The notes beneath the pieces were generated by a model that was given only the letters and a program-made list of their open reading frames with translations, ran no database searches and was not told the origin of the DNA. Position numbers and translations under genes: made by a program. A stretch of 63,988 nucleotides of DNA, the filler included, from Asterionella formosa (taxonomy: Eukaryota): assembly GCA_002256025.1 (NCBI GenBank). It is 5 parts of 5 records of this genome, joined end to end, with 100 filler letters (N's around TTAATTAATTAA, not from the genome) between each part and the next. Parts side by side here need not be neighbours in the genome. Positions count along the whole stretch, not along the records: positions 38,793 to 51,604 come from NKIB01007169.1; positions 51,705 to 63,988 come from NKIB01007661.1; 3 more parts are not named here. One strand, given 5' to 3'. The stretch's first letter is position 1; each line of letters starts with the position of its first letter. Positions 46,950-60,109 of this stretch are shown here, piece by piece.

Positions 46950-49250
46950 AACCACGAGGAGAAAAGAGTATGAGCAAGACATGTAACACTAACAACCCCT
47001 CCCCTTGCTCAAAAGGCAGGTTTGAGGGAAGAATCAAGTGGGACAGAAGAGACATAAGGTGGAGCAAGACTACCAGTGATAGTGTCAAGATGGACGGTGA
47101 ACAGGCCACCTACAATTTGTTTTGTAATGGCATCAGCAGCATTGAACCCTAAGGCAATATCTTCCAGGGCAACAAGATTACTAAGTTCAACCCTAACTAT
47201 CAGTCAGGAGGGCATAATGACAGCTGTCAATGTGCCATGACTGTTTAGTAGGTTGGCCAGCATGGGCAGTTAGAAGGGAACCAAAGTTGTCCTCATAGAG
47301 TAGGGTAGCATGTGTCTGGGGAACACGAATTTCATCAAGGGTAGAGCAAAGGTAGAGGTCCATTTTGCAGCAAGAAATTAGGCTTCTGTGTAACAGAGGG
47401 AGACTGTGGGTTGGACATGACAATTTCAAGCAATTGCAGCACCAGCAAAGTGGAAGATAATCCCAGGTATGGAATGATAGTGACAGATATCCATAGCCCA
47501 GTCAGAATCAGCATGCCCAAAAACAGCAAATGAAGCACCATCTAAGTCGCCGTTTATGGCACTTTTTCGAATTTATGTCTAAAGTGACTTATTTATGCTA
47601 CTTTTCGATAATATTACGCTGCTTTTTTCGGAATTTATTTGGGTTAAACAAAAAATTTGTCTTCTGGTAAAACAACATAAATTTCACTTATCGAATAATA
47701 GTTATGTGATCAAACCAATAATTATGTGTGTTTGCAACAATATTCACTGACCAACTAGTCGTTGCTAAAATATAATGGTGAAATTATGCTGCTTTGCGGC
47801 AATATCATGCTGGTTTCATCACATGACTAAATTAAGAGTCCCCAATTATATCGATGCAATTTCTATTTTTTCCGCTTTCACATTTTTCTTGATATCCCTA
47901 CTAAAGAATAACATATATTTCGTCACTGATACCTTCTTCATCCACAACTATCAATCAATTCAAATTTGATAAAGATCCATTTTCACATTGTTTGCTTCAA
48001 CAAAAAATCATTCTATTGTTATAGTTGTAGTCGCTTTCATGATTCAGCTACCGTGAAAGTGTCAAATCTCTTAGAAACATTGTTGTCTTCAATGGTGCAT
48101 TTCTAAATTACATATATTGCTATTGTTATAGTTGTAGTCGCTTTCATGATTCAGCTACAGTGAAAGTGTCAAATCTCTTAGAAACATTGTTGTCTTCAAT
48201 GGTGCATTTCTAAATTACATATATTTAGACCGTGCCATTGGCGATTTCGATTTTCGTTGTCAATATTTATGCTATTCGAATTTTTCTCCTATGATTTTTT
48301 TTCTATGTTGATATACATACCAAATAGGAAAGTGTAGTTCTCAATTTTCGTAGAGATTTCCGCTATTTTCGTCATGGCCATGGCTGAAAAGACATGATGC
48401 AGGATGCTGCAGCCGATCACAAAGACTATACTATATTTTTTGTATATATAGTTGGTATCAATAGAGTCGCAAATTTGGGTGTAATGCTGTTCATGGTTAG
48501 TGGCAATTGCAAAATCATCCACTTGGCAAAGAAATGAGACATTTTCCTTGATGATGGTTCTTGCATGAAAAATGCATGGAGCATGGATAGAAGGAATGAA
48601 ATGGTAAGTTTGAAAGATATGATCAATTTGGCGAGACCGCAGATGATGGGCTTCAAGATGACATTGGAGATTATTGAGAATGGGAATAACAAAATCTGTT
48701 AGAATGGGAGGACGTCCTTTGCTGGTCCACCAATCACGAAATTGAGCATCAACCCTCATGTAATATTGTTGCACAGGAGCAGCAGCTTCAGCAAAAGCAT
48801 TAGAAATATCAGTTTCATATATTAGCTTGATTTCAAGAGCGGCAAGGGCAAAGAAGATGCTAAAATCGGCCATATCAGGATTTGGAGCATAATTGCTGGG
48901 GCCATGGATTTGTGCTTGACCAGCCCCTACAAGTAGAACCATCACAAACAGCTTGAGCCTTTTTATGATAGTAATCTTCATCCTTAAATTTATAGATACA
49001 AAACCAATGGAATATTGCAGCGCTGCCAGGAGTAGGAGCAATAGGGGAAACAGACATGTCTTGTTTATCATATTGATCAAGCTGCTTAAATTCGGAAGCA
49101 AGCCAATCAGACAAGTCAGATTCTTTTAGACCACCATGTCTTGTAGTAAGTCTACAAGGAAGGGTACCAGAAGGATGGGAAATGGATTGAAGAAGGCTCT
49201 GATTGATAGTGCGCAACTCACGAAGCTGATCAAAATAGATTTCTTGAGGA
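46950..49250 (-). mobile_element. Degenerate Ty1/copia RT-RNaseH with PPT, interrupted by a ~0.9 kb insertion
   Basis: DISNAF, QVDDFAIA, HADSDWAMD, QPTVSL..TEA, LLYEDN, SWHID. Purine tract GGGGAGGGGT followed by TGTTAG near 46995. Unrelated sequence at about 47545-48450. Confidence 0.85.
48013..48226. repeat. 107-bp tandem duplication
   Basis: Units start at 48013 and 48120. A related diverged copy lies near 46280-46365. Confidence 0.9.
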
Positions 49251-49263
49251 AGTCTAGAAACAG

Positions 49264-49420
49264 AGAGAGAGAGTTCCGAATTTCATCGAAAGTAAATCAT
49301 TAAGAAAAGACAGGTCCTGTTGTACCATACAGAAGAATAAAGGAACAGAGAGAGAGTTCCGAATTCATCAAAAGTAAATCATGATGAAAATACAGATCCT
49401 GTTGTACCATACAGAAGAAT
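49264..49420. repeat. ~85-bp tandem duplication
   Basis: AGAGAGAGTTCCGAATT..CCTGTTGTACCATACAGAAGAAT occurs twice. The core GACAGGTCCTGTTGTACC is also near 11500. Confidence 0.8.
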
Positions 49421-49779
49421 CATCGAAATATCATCGAAATAAAGAGCAAAGTTCTTCCAATGGCGAAAACGAGAGAACACACATCATATGACCAGCCTAT
49501 GACTTTCAGGAATCTTTGAGGAAATGTAAGTAAACGTAAATAATTGCATACCAAAATGTCAGTAAATTTCAGGAAAAGCTTGGAATTTCCTGAAGTCTCC
49601 AAAATTGGGCTTTTCTGACCAAAGTGAAAAAACCACATTTGCAGAAGCCATATCAGGCGGGAAAGGCAACTCATTAACTAGTACAATTACCTGTACCTAT
49701 GACACTAAACTATTCACAGTTGTTGGCAGGACATACCTCATCAATTTTTACCCTGACAACAAATCCAAGTTTAAACATC

Positions 49780-50530
49780 CTTCTCACGAAATGCAAGAGA
49801 GACTTGCTCACCCCAAAGGAAAAGGCTTCATGCTGAATTTGCTGTTGGAAAGGATGACATTGTTGATCTGGTGTCGAAATCTTGGGATGAATCCTTTGCC
49901 CATATCGCTATATACCAAACGCTGTTGCTGAATGAGGTTGGGGTTCATTGAACTACAACTTCATCCGGAAATTCAACTGAAAAGTCCCTCAAATCTGCAA
50001 ACAGAAACAAACAATAATCAAACAGTCTCTGCCATTCCTCCATCCGGACTAAACTTGAGCCAAGTCATCACTGGAACCCCTGTTGATCAGGTTGTACAGT
50101 ATCGCAATCATGAGGAGCAATGAAAAGAAAGAGCACGAAGAGCGATTGCAAGCAATAAACGATACACAGCCAGTCTTCATGTCACTGCAGGCAGGTACTT
50201 CAACTTTTGAAGTGGTCGATGAAGAGCTGAAAAGGAAGAGGTGTGCGGAAGAAGTGCAGAGTGAGCAAGAGTATAGGAATATAGATGCACACACAGCGCT
50301 TGCAAACAAGGTTGATGCAATCAGAACTCTAAACAAACAATCAGCAGAGTGGACAGTGGCGCAAAGGAAATCAATGGAAACACATTACAAGCGAGCAGGC
50401 AATCTTCCATTTTAAACAAAAAAGGAACTTCTACTTACCAGATATCATGACACTATGATGTGTGGCGATGCTGCAGTACCAGTTGCAACTGCAATGGCGC
50501 CACTTCCTCGCCCTTCGATCACTCCTATTA
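49780..50530 (+). pseudogene. Probable C-terminal remnant of a DNA-transposon protein
   Basis: NAVAE*GW..HPEI, a coiled-coil stretch, and WTVAQRKSM..YKRAGNLP. Multiple disablements. Family uncertain, possibly pogo-like. Confidence 0.4.
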
Positions 50531-51604
50531 GATGACAAGATATGATGGAGCGAAGTCTAAGAAAGAGCAATGCAACAAGTACAGCTAAAAATGCGAGGAG
50601 TTTTTGATGGAACCAACAAGATTAAAATTGGAACGACACCACCAGTATGCATAAGAAAGATGCAGCTACTGACTCTGACTGCGAAAAAAACATGCAAACG
50701 ACATAATATTTTCTACATGTATGATAAAATTTTAATCAAGGGCTTTGAGCCACTTCTGCCATTTTTGTCACTTTTAAAATGGATAGATCTCAGTAAATAT
50801 TTGTTCAAGTAAAAAATGATTTACTAATTCTCATGTAGCTTAATGAACTCACTAATATCGTGCCAAAGGGCGAAAGAGGGGATCCATTTTAGCATATTTC
50901 TAGAATTAGTCGGAAAACGATGTACCGGTAATAAACGTGGCTCAAAGCCATGTATATAAACGGGTACCATGATCATACATGAACGTTTACTTACTTTCTA
51001 GACCAACTACCGGGTTTTTTGGGGCTTTTCCAAGGCGCCAGGAGAAGACCTACATACTACCGGTACCGGTACCTGGTACCTGGTACTCTGGAGCATATAA
51101 ATGATGTACTATTTTAGAAATAACCTGTAGTCTGTATTGTTGGCAGAAACTTGGAAACACGAAAAGTCACATGAGAAAACTGTGTTTTAGGGCCGTTCTT
51201 ATCATTCTGTTATTTGTTGTCATTGGTGTATCATCGCCGAAATATGATACAAAAATGGCAGTTTGGTTTTTTTTTGTGTATCACCAACGGTTTTTTTGGT
51301 CTGATCACCGGTGTATCATGGGTGTATCACTGATACAGTTTTTGGACCCCTGACCAATGCTGTATCACTGATCAAGCCGTTGATCACTGTGTATCACGTC
51401 CGTTGCCACTGATAAAATAACTGTAGACATGCCAGCGCCAACTATATAATCTATTTTGTGGATGGGAAAATCAACATCAGCATCACAGCGCAACTTGAAA
51501 ACGCCACTGGTGCAATCGATTGATCTAATGGCGTCTATAACACAAAGACTAACCTAACACCACTTTTTGCAAGCACTTTTGTCATATAATATTATTATTG
51601 TAGT

Positions 51605-51704
51605 NNNNNNNNNNNNNNNNNNNNNNNNNNNNNNNNNNNNNNNNNNNNTTAATTAATTAANNNNNNNNNNNNNNNNNNNNNNNNNNNNNNNNNNNNNNNN
51701 NNNN
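51605..51704. other. Artificial scaffold linker
   Basis: N-TTAATTAATTAA-N, 100 nt. Confidence 0.97.
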
Positions 51705-52375
51705 TCGTCGTCCCCTTCCGCGACCTCTGCTGCCGTTGGTCCGCTGCGATCCAGTGGTGCCGTTCGGTGGCGCTGTAATGGCATTCTGTGCTGCTTCGCT
51801 GGCGCTGATCATTCTGCTCCTTTATTTGAGTCTTTTTTATCTCGAAACAATGTTGCAAAATCTATTTTCCCCGACATACCATAGGCCCTGAACCTATGAT
51901 TGTTTCAAGAATCGGTTATATTCGATTGAGTTGAAGGTAAGAAGAAAGTCGGATCAAACTTCGTTCTTACTAACTGGATTGTTTCGAGATAATGATCTTG
52001 AAACAAATCTTATCTACTTCTGTGTGGTTGGTGTACCTCTACGCACCACCTCAGACCAAGTAAGTGGTACTGTCGAATCTTCTCTCCTTGTAACTAGTGT
52101 GCCAGTATCGGTACCCGGAGTTCCTGTCCCACAGTTATCAGGTCGCCATTTTTCAACAGCTTGTAATACAATTGGCAGAATCATCATTTCTGCAACGACT
52201 GCCTATAATACTTCGACGCCCTGCCACAGTAAAAAAAAGTTTTGGTATTTTAATTATATTTTATCATGCATCATTATTGAAGCATCCAGTTGCACTGGGA
52301 CTGGCACAGGCACTGGCACCAACAATCAATACACTATCTTATCGCAACAATAACACAATAATAGCAGAGGCAAGA

Positions 52376-53959
52376 ATGACCAAAGAAAACAACGGAAGAG
52401 CGGCTCGTCGTCTTTTGATTCAACGGCTTTCCATTGTGCTGGCATCCTTTCTTGTTTGCCTTGGATGTTTACACATTTTGGGCATTGGCAAAGCCGCCGC
52501 GGCCGCTAATAATAATCGTCGTGGTGGTGGCCACAATGACAAACATATTCCACATGATATTCTGAAAGACAGATCCATGGTTCGTCGCAATGGCTTTGCA
52601 CGCAATACTAAGGAACATCATTCAAGTCACAATACCAATGGTCCAGACATTGTTCATGTCACCTTTGATACAAGCGAATCTACCACTACTACTGCTGACG
52701 AGATCCAACTATTACTCTTGAATGCCCAAGTGCATTTAGTGGATATAGTATCTACTGATACTGACTCTCCTGTTACACAAAATCAAATCTTTGGAGACTT
52801 TTGCACATTAAACTTTGCGGCACACAAAAAGGATCCATCCGCTGTTCCCATGTTTCGACATTTAGTAGAAGCATCACCACATTGTGCCAAGGTCCGATAT
52901 CGTGTCAACTTACACGACTATATGAAACATGCCACCTTGTATGATGCCAAACCAAAGGCAGCGACCAAGGCACTCCATCTAACAGCTGTTGTCTTTCATG
53001 AATCACGATGTGGTAGTACTCTTGTGTCGAATGCATTGGTTGCTATGAATCCTACCAAACATCGAGTGTATAGTGAATCAGCACCACCCATTGATGCCTT
53101 GAGAACCATTTGTGGAGAAACGTATCATTCCTGTACACCTAAAGTGGCAAGTCGAATCCTTCAACAAGTTGTGTATGCCATGAGCCGCACCAATGATCTA
53201 CGTGAAGAACGGGTCTTTTTTAAAATTCAATCGGTGGGGACAAGGAATATTGAAGTCTTTCAATTGGCATTCCCCAAAGTTCCATTTTTATTTGTCTATC
53301 GTGATCCTGTTCAAGTGTTAATGTCACAATTAAGTGGTGTTCCTGGTGGGACAAAGAATGCCAATTGTGTCAGACCTCGAGCACGACCTCCAGCCAGTGT
53401 AGTAGACCTATGTCAACGAAAGGGAATCAAAAAGATTTCTGATTTGAGCAATGAAGAATATTGTGCAGCACATTTGGTACGTATGAATGTATTATCTTGC
53501 TTTTGATCTCTATTCTATTTATATGTTTTTTATATATTCATATTCATCCATGGTTGTTGATGATGTTGGTGCTGCCAAACCACCACCAGCACCATGATGA
53601 ACCCCACCCCCCTGCTGCTGACATTTTTTTAATTTCTCCATTAGGCATCCATAACAGAAGCTGCCCTTCATGGTATAGGAACATCCAATGGCATGGGGAT
53701 TCCCATTAATTATGTGGATTTACCACATATTTTATGGGAAAAGATACTAGTGCAGATAGGAGTCAATGTGTCTGCCGGCGAGATTGAAAAAATGAAGGAA
53801 ATTTCTACACAATATTCCAAAGGTGGAGATGGTCGAAAGGCAGAATTCCATCAAGATAGTGAACGAAAGGAGAAACTAGCCAGTGATGAGGTGAGAGAAG
53901 CATCTACCTTGTTTTTGCAAGAATCATATGATGCCTTGCAAGCATTACGGATTGTGTAG
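52376..53959 (+). CDS. Type II membrane sulfotransferase-fold (P-loop) protein
   Basis: N-terminal TM segment, VFHESRCGSTL, FVYRDPVQVLMSQ, INYVDL. Intron 53477-53644 joins the ORFs in frame. Confidence 0.8.
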
Positions 53960-54191
53960 TATATAAAGGAAATAGCACGGCGTGAAAGGAATATTCATCA
54001 TTTTGTAACTTTAAAAGATCACCCCCAAGATGGTCAAAGCTGTGTTATTTTCAAATGTAGTAAAACAATTCGATCTTTTAATCTCCACAGTTTATAAATA
54101 AATATGTACTTATTTATGTATATACGGTATAACCCAAACTGTATGATGAATCACTTCAACGATACACAAACACACACATATATTTCAATGT

Positions 54192-54870
54192 TTACTCCAT
54201 CTTTTCCAACAACTTGACCCTATCCAAAATCTCCCGCTTACTCGTCTCTTCTATTTCCCCTGCAAGCATAAATTCATCCAAAATTGAATATACCTTGTTA
54301 AAGTTGAAGACAATGTCCAATTCACAAACATTCGAAAAGAAGGAATCCAACAATTCCACAAACAAATGCACAGTCTCCAAATAGGACAATTCATTGTCTG
54401 TCAGGTCCACAGCAATAGTAAAGAACAACCCAGCATATCTTCGATAAATGAGTTTGTAGGAATTGTATTCAATGAAATTGGTGTATTTTTTATCTCGAGC
54501 CGTAACGAGTCGGTGGACTTCAGATTCGATGCGAGACTTCTCGGCTTCTCCGGATGTCGTGGTGCCTCCGTTGGTGGACGTTGGTGGAGGAATGTACCAT
54601 TTGGAAAGGCGGGTCTTGCCTTGGCGATTTTGCAAAAGGAAAAATCGAATCTATGTCATAAGAAGACATGATGTTTAAATCAAGTGTGTGAGAATTTGAG
54701 ATGAAATGAATGGGTGTATGAGCAAAGGAAACGCATATAGAGCAGATTGATGTAAGTAACGGCCAATCAAGGTATTCACAGCACCCCGCAGTCAGCCGTC
54801 AATGACCTCGCCCAACAATTCCATAGTACCATTCATTGCGGTTCCGTAATGTAGTGACTTCACATACCAT
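54192..54870 (-). CDS. AP2S1: AP-2 adaptor complex sigma subunit
   Basis: [48 protein letters not shown]. Exon 1 is probably the ATG alone (54870-54868, followed by GTATGT). Exon 2 starts at 54650. Confidence 0.9.
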
Positions 54871-56362
54871 CTTCAGCGTTCTACAACAGTGCAGGCAAAG
54901 AATAGGAAACAACGGCAATACAGAGAGATTGAAGGAACAAGGTGATGCTAGTAATATACCGGTAGTAGAAAAAATAGAAGTTGGCATTTATCCATGCAGC
55001 ATGCATTGCTCACCATTTCTTGTCGTCGAAGGGGTACCTGGTACCAGGTACCAGGTAACGGTATGTTTAATACCACTGCCTTGGTTCCAGGTACCTGGTA
55101 ACGGTACCCTAAGTACTAATTAAGCAGCAGCCTAAAACACTGGAGATGCCACGGCGCGAGGAGGCAGTCGTATCTACAGTACATAGCAGTCGTCGTGATG
55201 AATACTTGTTGACACAGACGACTCACATGACGAAGAACAGATGAGCAGTCCTCTCATTCTCATACGAATTGTCAGCCACGTGAGCAGGACATGAACTACC
55301 GGTAATTGCTTTTCAGGCATACCCGGAAGGTTTATTAGGTACCTGGTAACTGGTACCTGGTATATGGACCGGGCACATCATACATCAACCAAAACGGTAA
55401 TTTTACTCACGACTCACACACCGAACTTGGTTGGTGGTAAGATAGACTAACGGCACTTCTATTCTTGTTGATAAAAACACACGAACAATTCTGCTTTGAA
55501 AAGGTTTGACAACAAGCCATCACTGATGTTCGCGTCAAATCGAGAAGCAATTCATGAGGCTTTGGAATGCATCCTGCAATTCTGAAACGTCAAACAAAAA
55601 TAACCCTACTAGGCATGATGCTACAAGAAATGCAGTAGTACTAGCTATTTGTTCGCAATGGAAAAGTCAACATTTTTGTATATATTCTTTTAACATTCTC
55701 GTTACGCTAAAAACGATCGACCGTATGTGTTATTCATTAGTCAAGATGAATGTAGGTAGGATGTAGTGGTAAACAGCAAGAAAAACAAAATAGTAGGAAT
55801 CAAGATGATTCATTGGCGCCAGTCGAATAGAAAGGGTGGCCGCGATTTATTGTTATTGATGCTCGTTGTGATGGCAAACGGCAAGACAAGACAGCGAAAC
55901 GACAAAATAAGACGGCAATCACTTAATTATTCTTCGACAAGTATCATCATGCACGTTTACTTTTGATGTTTCACACTTCACCATGTCATTCCTCATCAGA
56001 TATGTGGTAATTTTAAAAACCAACAATGAGTTTAGTACGTCCCTGAACGAGCGATCCATTGAAGTGATGGGATCAATACCTTGTGAATCCTTATATATAC
56101 ATAACATAGTGATGTTGTCGTTTAGTCGTGGCTTTGAATAGATTCATTGAAATGATAGGCCCGATGACCTGTGAACTTAAATCTACGCATAAGCTATCTG
56201 AGGTGCTGAGCGATGTTATCGGTGAGTCGTGACTTTGATTCAGTCGTTTTCCAAGCTGATGACTTTGGTAGAGAATCATCGCATAATATCTTATTGAGTT
56301 CTCTCGAACTTTCAACATTTTTTATATCCTCTTACCACCAGCAAGATATCATTAATAACATC

Positions 56363-57655
56363 ATGAAGCTCGACACTGTTTACCCACTTCTACTTACCCT
56401 TCTTGTAACAGGTGTCATTCCTCGTGTTGCACCTAGTGCTGTCGAGGCAAAACATAAATCACCGGCTTCTACTTGTGCTAAGAAACTTGGATACTACTTC
56501 GACAAGCACACTATGACGTGTGTAAAGGCATGTGATATCAAAGGCAATACGGTCATTCTATTTTGTGAAACGGTCGCATGCGACGTCACAAAATTTGCAC
56601 CGTACGGGTCCTTCGAAGCAACAATTCCACAATCCATTGTCGGACTAACAAGTTTGACCTTTTTGGATTTGAGTGGCAACGACATTATTGGAACCATTCC
56701 TAAAGAAATTGGGCATTTGACGGAGTTGACCGAGATTCGCCTTTATGATAACAAGATTAGCGGAACGATTCCTCGTGAATTGGGGAAATTGTCGGAGTTG
56801 CTTTATTTGTTCCTTTTTAACAACGAGCTCGGCGGAACCATTCCTCGTGAATTGGGAAAGTTGGAGCAGCTGCAATTTATGAACCTTAGTGGCAATAAGC
56901 TCGGCGGAACCATTCCTCCTGGATTGGGCAAGTTGGCAGAGTTACAACAGATGAACCTTTCGTACAACAAACTCAGGGGAGTCATTCCTCGTGGATTGCG
57001 GAAGTTGTCGGCGTTGTCAACGTTAGATCTTTCATTCAACGAGCTGAGCGAAACCATTCCTTCTGATCTGGGTCAGTTGAGGGGCTTGACTTGGATTTCC
57101 CTTAATAACAACAAACTTCGTGGGACAGTTCCTTCTGAAATGGTCCAATTGATCAGTTTGGAATACATGGACCTGTCATTCAACAAGCTCCGCGGAACTA
57201 TTCCTATTGAATTCAGAAAGTTGAAGGTATTGAAATATATTGCTCTTAATAACAACAAATTCGGCGGGACCATTCCTACTGAATTGGCCCAGTTGAAGGC
57301 CTTGGAGGAGGTTTTTCTCAATAACAACAACTTTGGCGGAACCATACCTAGTGGGCTGGGCAGTTTGATAAAGATGTATTATATAGACCTTAACAACAAC
57401 AAGCTTCACGGAACGATTCCCACTGAATTTGGAGAGTTACAGCAAGTGGAACGAATTTCCCTTAATAACAACAAGCTCGTCGGAACTATTCCTAGTGAGT
57501 TCGGCATTTTGATTGCATTGCGTGCATTGAACTTAGAGTTTAATGATTTGTCAGGTACTGTGCCAGCTGCCTTTTGCAAATTACGATCACCACCAGATAT
57601 TTTTGCCGATTGCATCGAAAAAGTGAAATGTTCGTGTTGTGCCTCCTGCACTTGA
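56363..57655 (+). CDS. Secreted leucine-rich repeat protein (24-aa LRRs)
   Basis: Signal peptide, about 13 LxxLxxLxLxxNxLxGxIP repeats, Cys-rich caps (ADC..CSCCASC). No TM segment or kinase domain. Confidence 0.92.
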   Translation: MKLDTVYPLLLTLLVTGVIPRVAPSAVEAKHKSPASTCAKKLGYYFDKHTMTCVKACDIKGNTVILFCETVACDVTKFAPYGSFEATIPQSIVGLTSLTFLDLSGNDIIGTIPKEIGHLTELTEIRLYDNKISGTIPRELGKLSELLYLFLFNNELGGTIPRELGKLEQLQFMNLSGNKLGGTIPPGLGKLAELQQMNLSYNKLRGVIPRGLRKLSALSTLDLSFNELSETIPSDLGQLRGLTWISLNNNKLRGTVPSEMVQLISLEYMDLSFNKLRGTIPIEFRKLKVLKYIALNNNKFGGTIPTELAQLKALEEVFLNNNNFGGTIPSGLGSLIKMYYIDLNNNKLHGTIPTEFGELQQVERISLNNNKLVGTIPSEFGILIALRALNLEFNDLSGTVPAAFCKLRSPPDIFADCIEKVKCSCCASCT

Positions 57656-57877
57656 GTGTTATTTTTGTGAGTGTGGATCACCCCCCCCCCCCCAACAAGG
57701 ACTGTTCATGTCATGTGACCAAAACAGCCACATCATCTCCATTTCCTTTTTCCTTCGTTCACGTTGGTAGCTTCCATATACATGTAATATATTTCTCCCA
57801 GTAAGCCTCACAAAGGGACACATCCTCCTTCCACTTTTGTTGATTCCCTTGTCAGAATTATATATATATATAATTAT

Positions 57878-58498
57878 TCATTTATGAGGATGTTGACGGT
57901 AATGAAAATTGTGATCAATAATAGCGCTACTAGTACATGTAGTCATCATCCCAGCATATTGCTCTCGTTCCATTTGTTTCCGTCGTTCTTGTTCTTCCAC
58001 CTCTATTATATGATATTCATATTCCTCAAATTGTTCATTATCGTCATTGACATGGGTGCCAAGTTCATTTGTTATCCCAAAATGAATCACGACTGTATTG
58101 AAAAACGAAGGATTCCTAAATTCGTGTTGTTGTTGATTCATCTTTTGGATGTTGAGGACATTATGCTTGATATTGGTACCAGTACTTGAAATTGTTGATC
58201 CCAAAGGAACGCGACGATATAGTACCGTATAATCATTGGACCAAGCAATCATGGAATCTTTGTTGGAGAGGCAAGGAGGTGGGAATAAGTCCATGAGTTG
58301 TTGTTCTTGTTGTGTGATTTTGTCCTCCTCATGCACACATTGTCGTTTATTGGTAGTCCTGTGGACTACCGGTACTATTCGTAGTGTTGTTGTTGTTGAT
58401 ATTGCCGTGGCTTCTTCGATATTCAAATTCGTATTTTTACTATTGGACGAGGACAAAGACGATGAGTCATCGCTGCCGTATGCAGTAAGTGCTTCCAT
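57878..58498 (-). CDS. Hypothetical protein with HCNGP/SAP30BP-like motif
   Basis: MEALTAYGSDDS start and EFRNPSFF..FGITNELGT motif. Confidence 0.6.
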   Translation of the reverse strand: MEALTAYGSDDSSSLSSSNSKNTNLNIEEATAISTTTTLRIVPVVHRTTNKRQCVHEEDKITQQEQQLMDLFPPPCLSNKDSMIAWSNDYTVLYRRVPLGSTISSTGTNIKHNVLNIQKMNQQQHEFRNPSFFNTVVIHFGITNELGTHVNDDNEQFEEYEYHIIEVEEQERRKQMEREQYAGMMTTCTSSAIIDHNFHYRQHPHK

Positions 58499-59336
58499 GA
58501 TGATGATTGTTGTTGCTGTTTTGGGGTGTCGTATAAAATGATTATTGAGTTGTACAAGAATAGATGGATTCGATCGATGAAGCAAAAGGTTTGCTATGAT
58601 GATTTGTAGTTGTACATAATAACATGGTTGTTTCACTTGAAAACAAGATGATCGTTTTTTTTCATTTTGTTCATGACGACACTAACATGTACGGGTATAC
58701 TGGTATGCATAAGATCGGAGCGTGTCGTCGTGTCGAATTCAAATCGACTTGTTCAAATACCGGTACCTGGTCCTACCCTGTTCCAGTAATATCTACTGTG
58801 AGCGCTCCGGCACCAATACCTCAACTGGTACCAGGGTACCAGTACCAGTTGATAGGATGATATGTGATGATGATCTTGATGTAAGGGAAGCAGCAAGGAA
58901 CAGTCGTTACAATATGTGTGAATGTACCCCCTAGGTCAGCTAATTGTGAAATACAGCTTAGTTTTCCTAAGAGTCTAAACCGTCTTCTACCGACTCTCCT
59001 AACAATCAAAGACAAGACGATGCGGTACGCAGGATTTGGGGTGGTTTGGGGCCCTGGGTCTGTGTGTGGCTCGTACTATTCAGCTTTTCACATTCTTATT
59101 AGCTAATAAAATCCCGGTATCATATAAAGGGGTACACATATTTCCATAAATTACAAAAATTCCAATCAGGCTGCATTATATCCTTAAGTCTTACGTATTG
59201 CTACTGGTAAATAGATCGAGGAAAGGACATGAAAGGTCAAGTCGTCATGATCATTTGCATTCGTTCTTGGTTAACAAATTACATCCGAACGACAGCTATA
59301 CAAGGGCGTACATCCCGGTTTATTTTTCATTAGTCC

Positions 59337-59972
59337 ATGCCCTTTCTCAATCTAACAATGCAAAAGCTTTCTAGTTTCTTCAACACAATTGCTTCTTCGT
59401 GGTTGCTGTTTCGTTTTTCGGTCCTTTTTGCAGTGGCTTCTAATATACTGATATATTATATTAGCTCTCCGTTGAACACATTCATCAATAACGACATCAT
59501 ACCTGATTTGTGGTTTGGCTTTACGTCAGATAAATTGTATGAACTCTACGATACATGGGGATCACTTGGTCGAGCGACATATGTCAAGACGGCACTTTGT
59601 GATTTCTTCCCATTTATGCCAGCCTATACCATTTTTCTTGGTTCCATCCTCACTTTTGCAGCCAAACAAGCAGGGTATTATACAGACAAGAATGGTCGGT
59701 CCAAGAACTCGGTGGTGGTGGTGGCGGTATTATTGATATTGATGTTTGATTGGATAGAGACAGGTATCCTTCTGGTCTCATGCTATACATATCCGGCGTA
59801 TCAATTGTCATCTACAGTGATGCGGATTGCCAGTGCTGCAAATCAAATGAAATGGATTTTTGTCGCTGGCACTATCTTATCCTTCGTATCCCTAGTCTCG
59901 CTAGCTGTGATGTTTCCAGCTTGCAAGACGAAACAGACCACAGCTCCTTCTCATTTAAAGAAGATTTCATGA
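59337..59972 (+). CDS. Multi-pass membrane protein
   Basis: About 4 hydrophobic helices; PDLWFG..G.LGRATY..DF and FDWIET motifs. Confidence 0.75.
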   Translation: MPFLNLTMQKLSSFFNTIASSWLLFRFSVLFAVASNILIYYISSPLNTFINNDIIPDLWFGFTSDKLYELYDTWGSLGRATYVKTALCDFFPFMPAYTIFLGSILTFAAKQAGYYTDKNGRSKNSVVVVAVLLILMFDWIETGILLVSCYTYPAYQLSSTVMRIASAANQMKWIFVAGTILSFVSLVSLAVMFPACKTKQTTAPSHLKKIS

Positions 59973-60109
59973 AACTTTATGTTGAGGAATTGATTGTGAT
60001 CCAACAAGCACCTCTGATCATCTGCTATATACATATACTGTATACGGCGGTAAAAAGAGAAAAATTTTCGTCATGATGGACAAAACTCAGCATCATGAAC
60101 ATGTTAACT

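Noticed and set aside
56640..57560. 72-bp periodic DNA repeat array
   Set aside because: Fully explained by the 24-aa LRR coding repeats.
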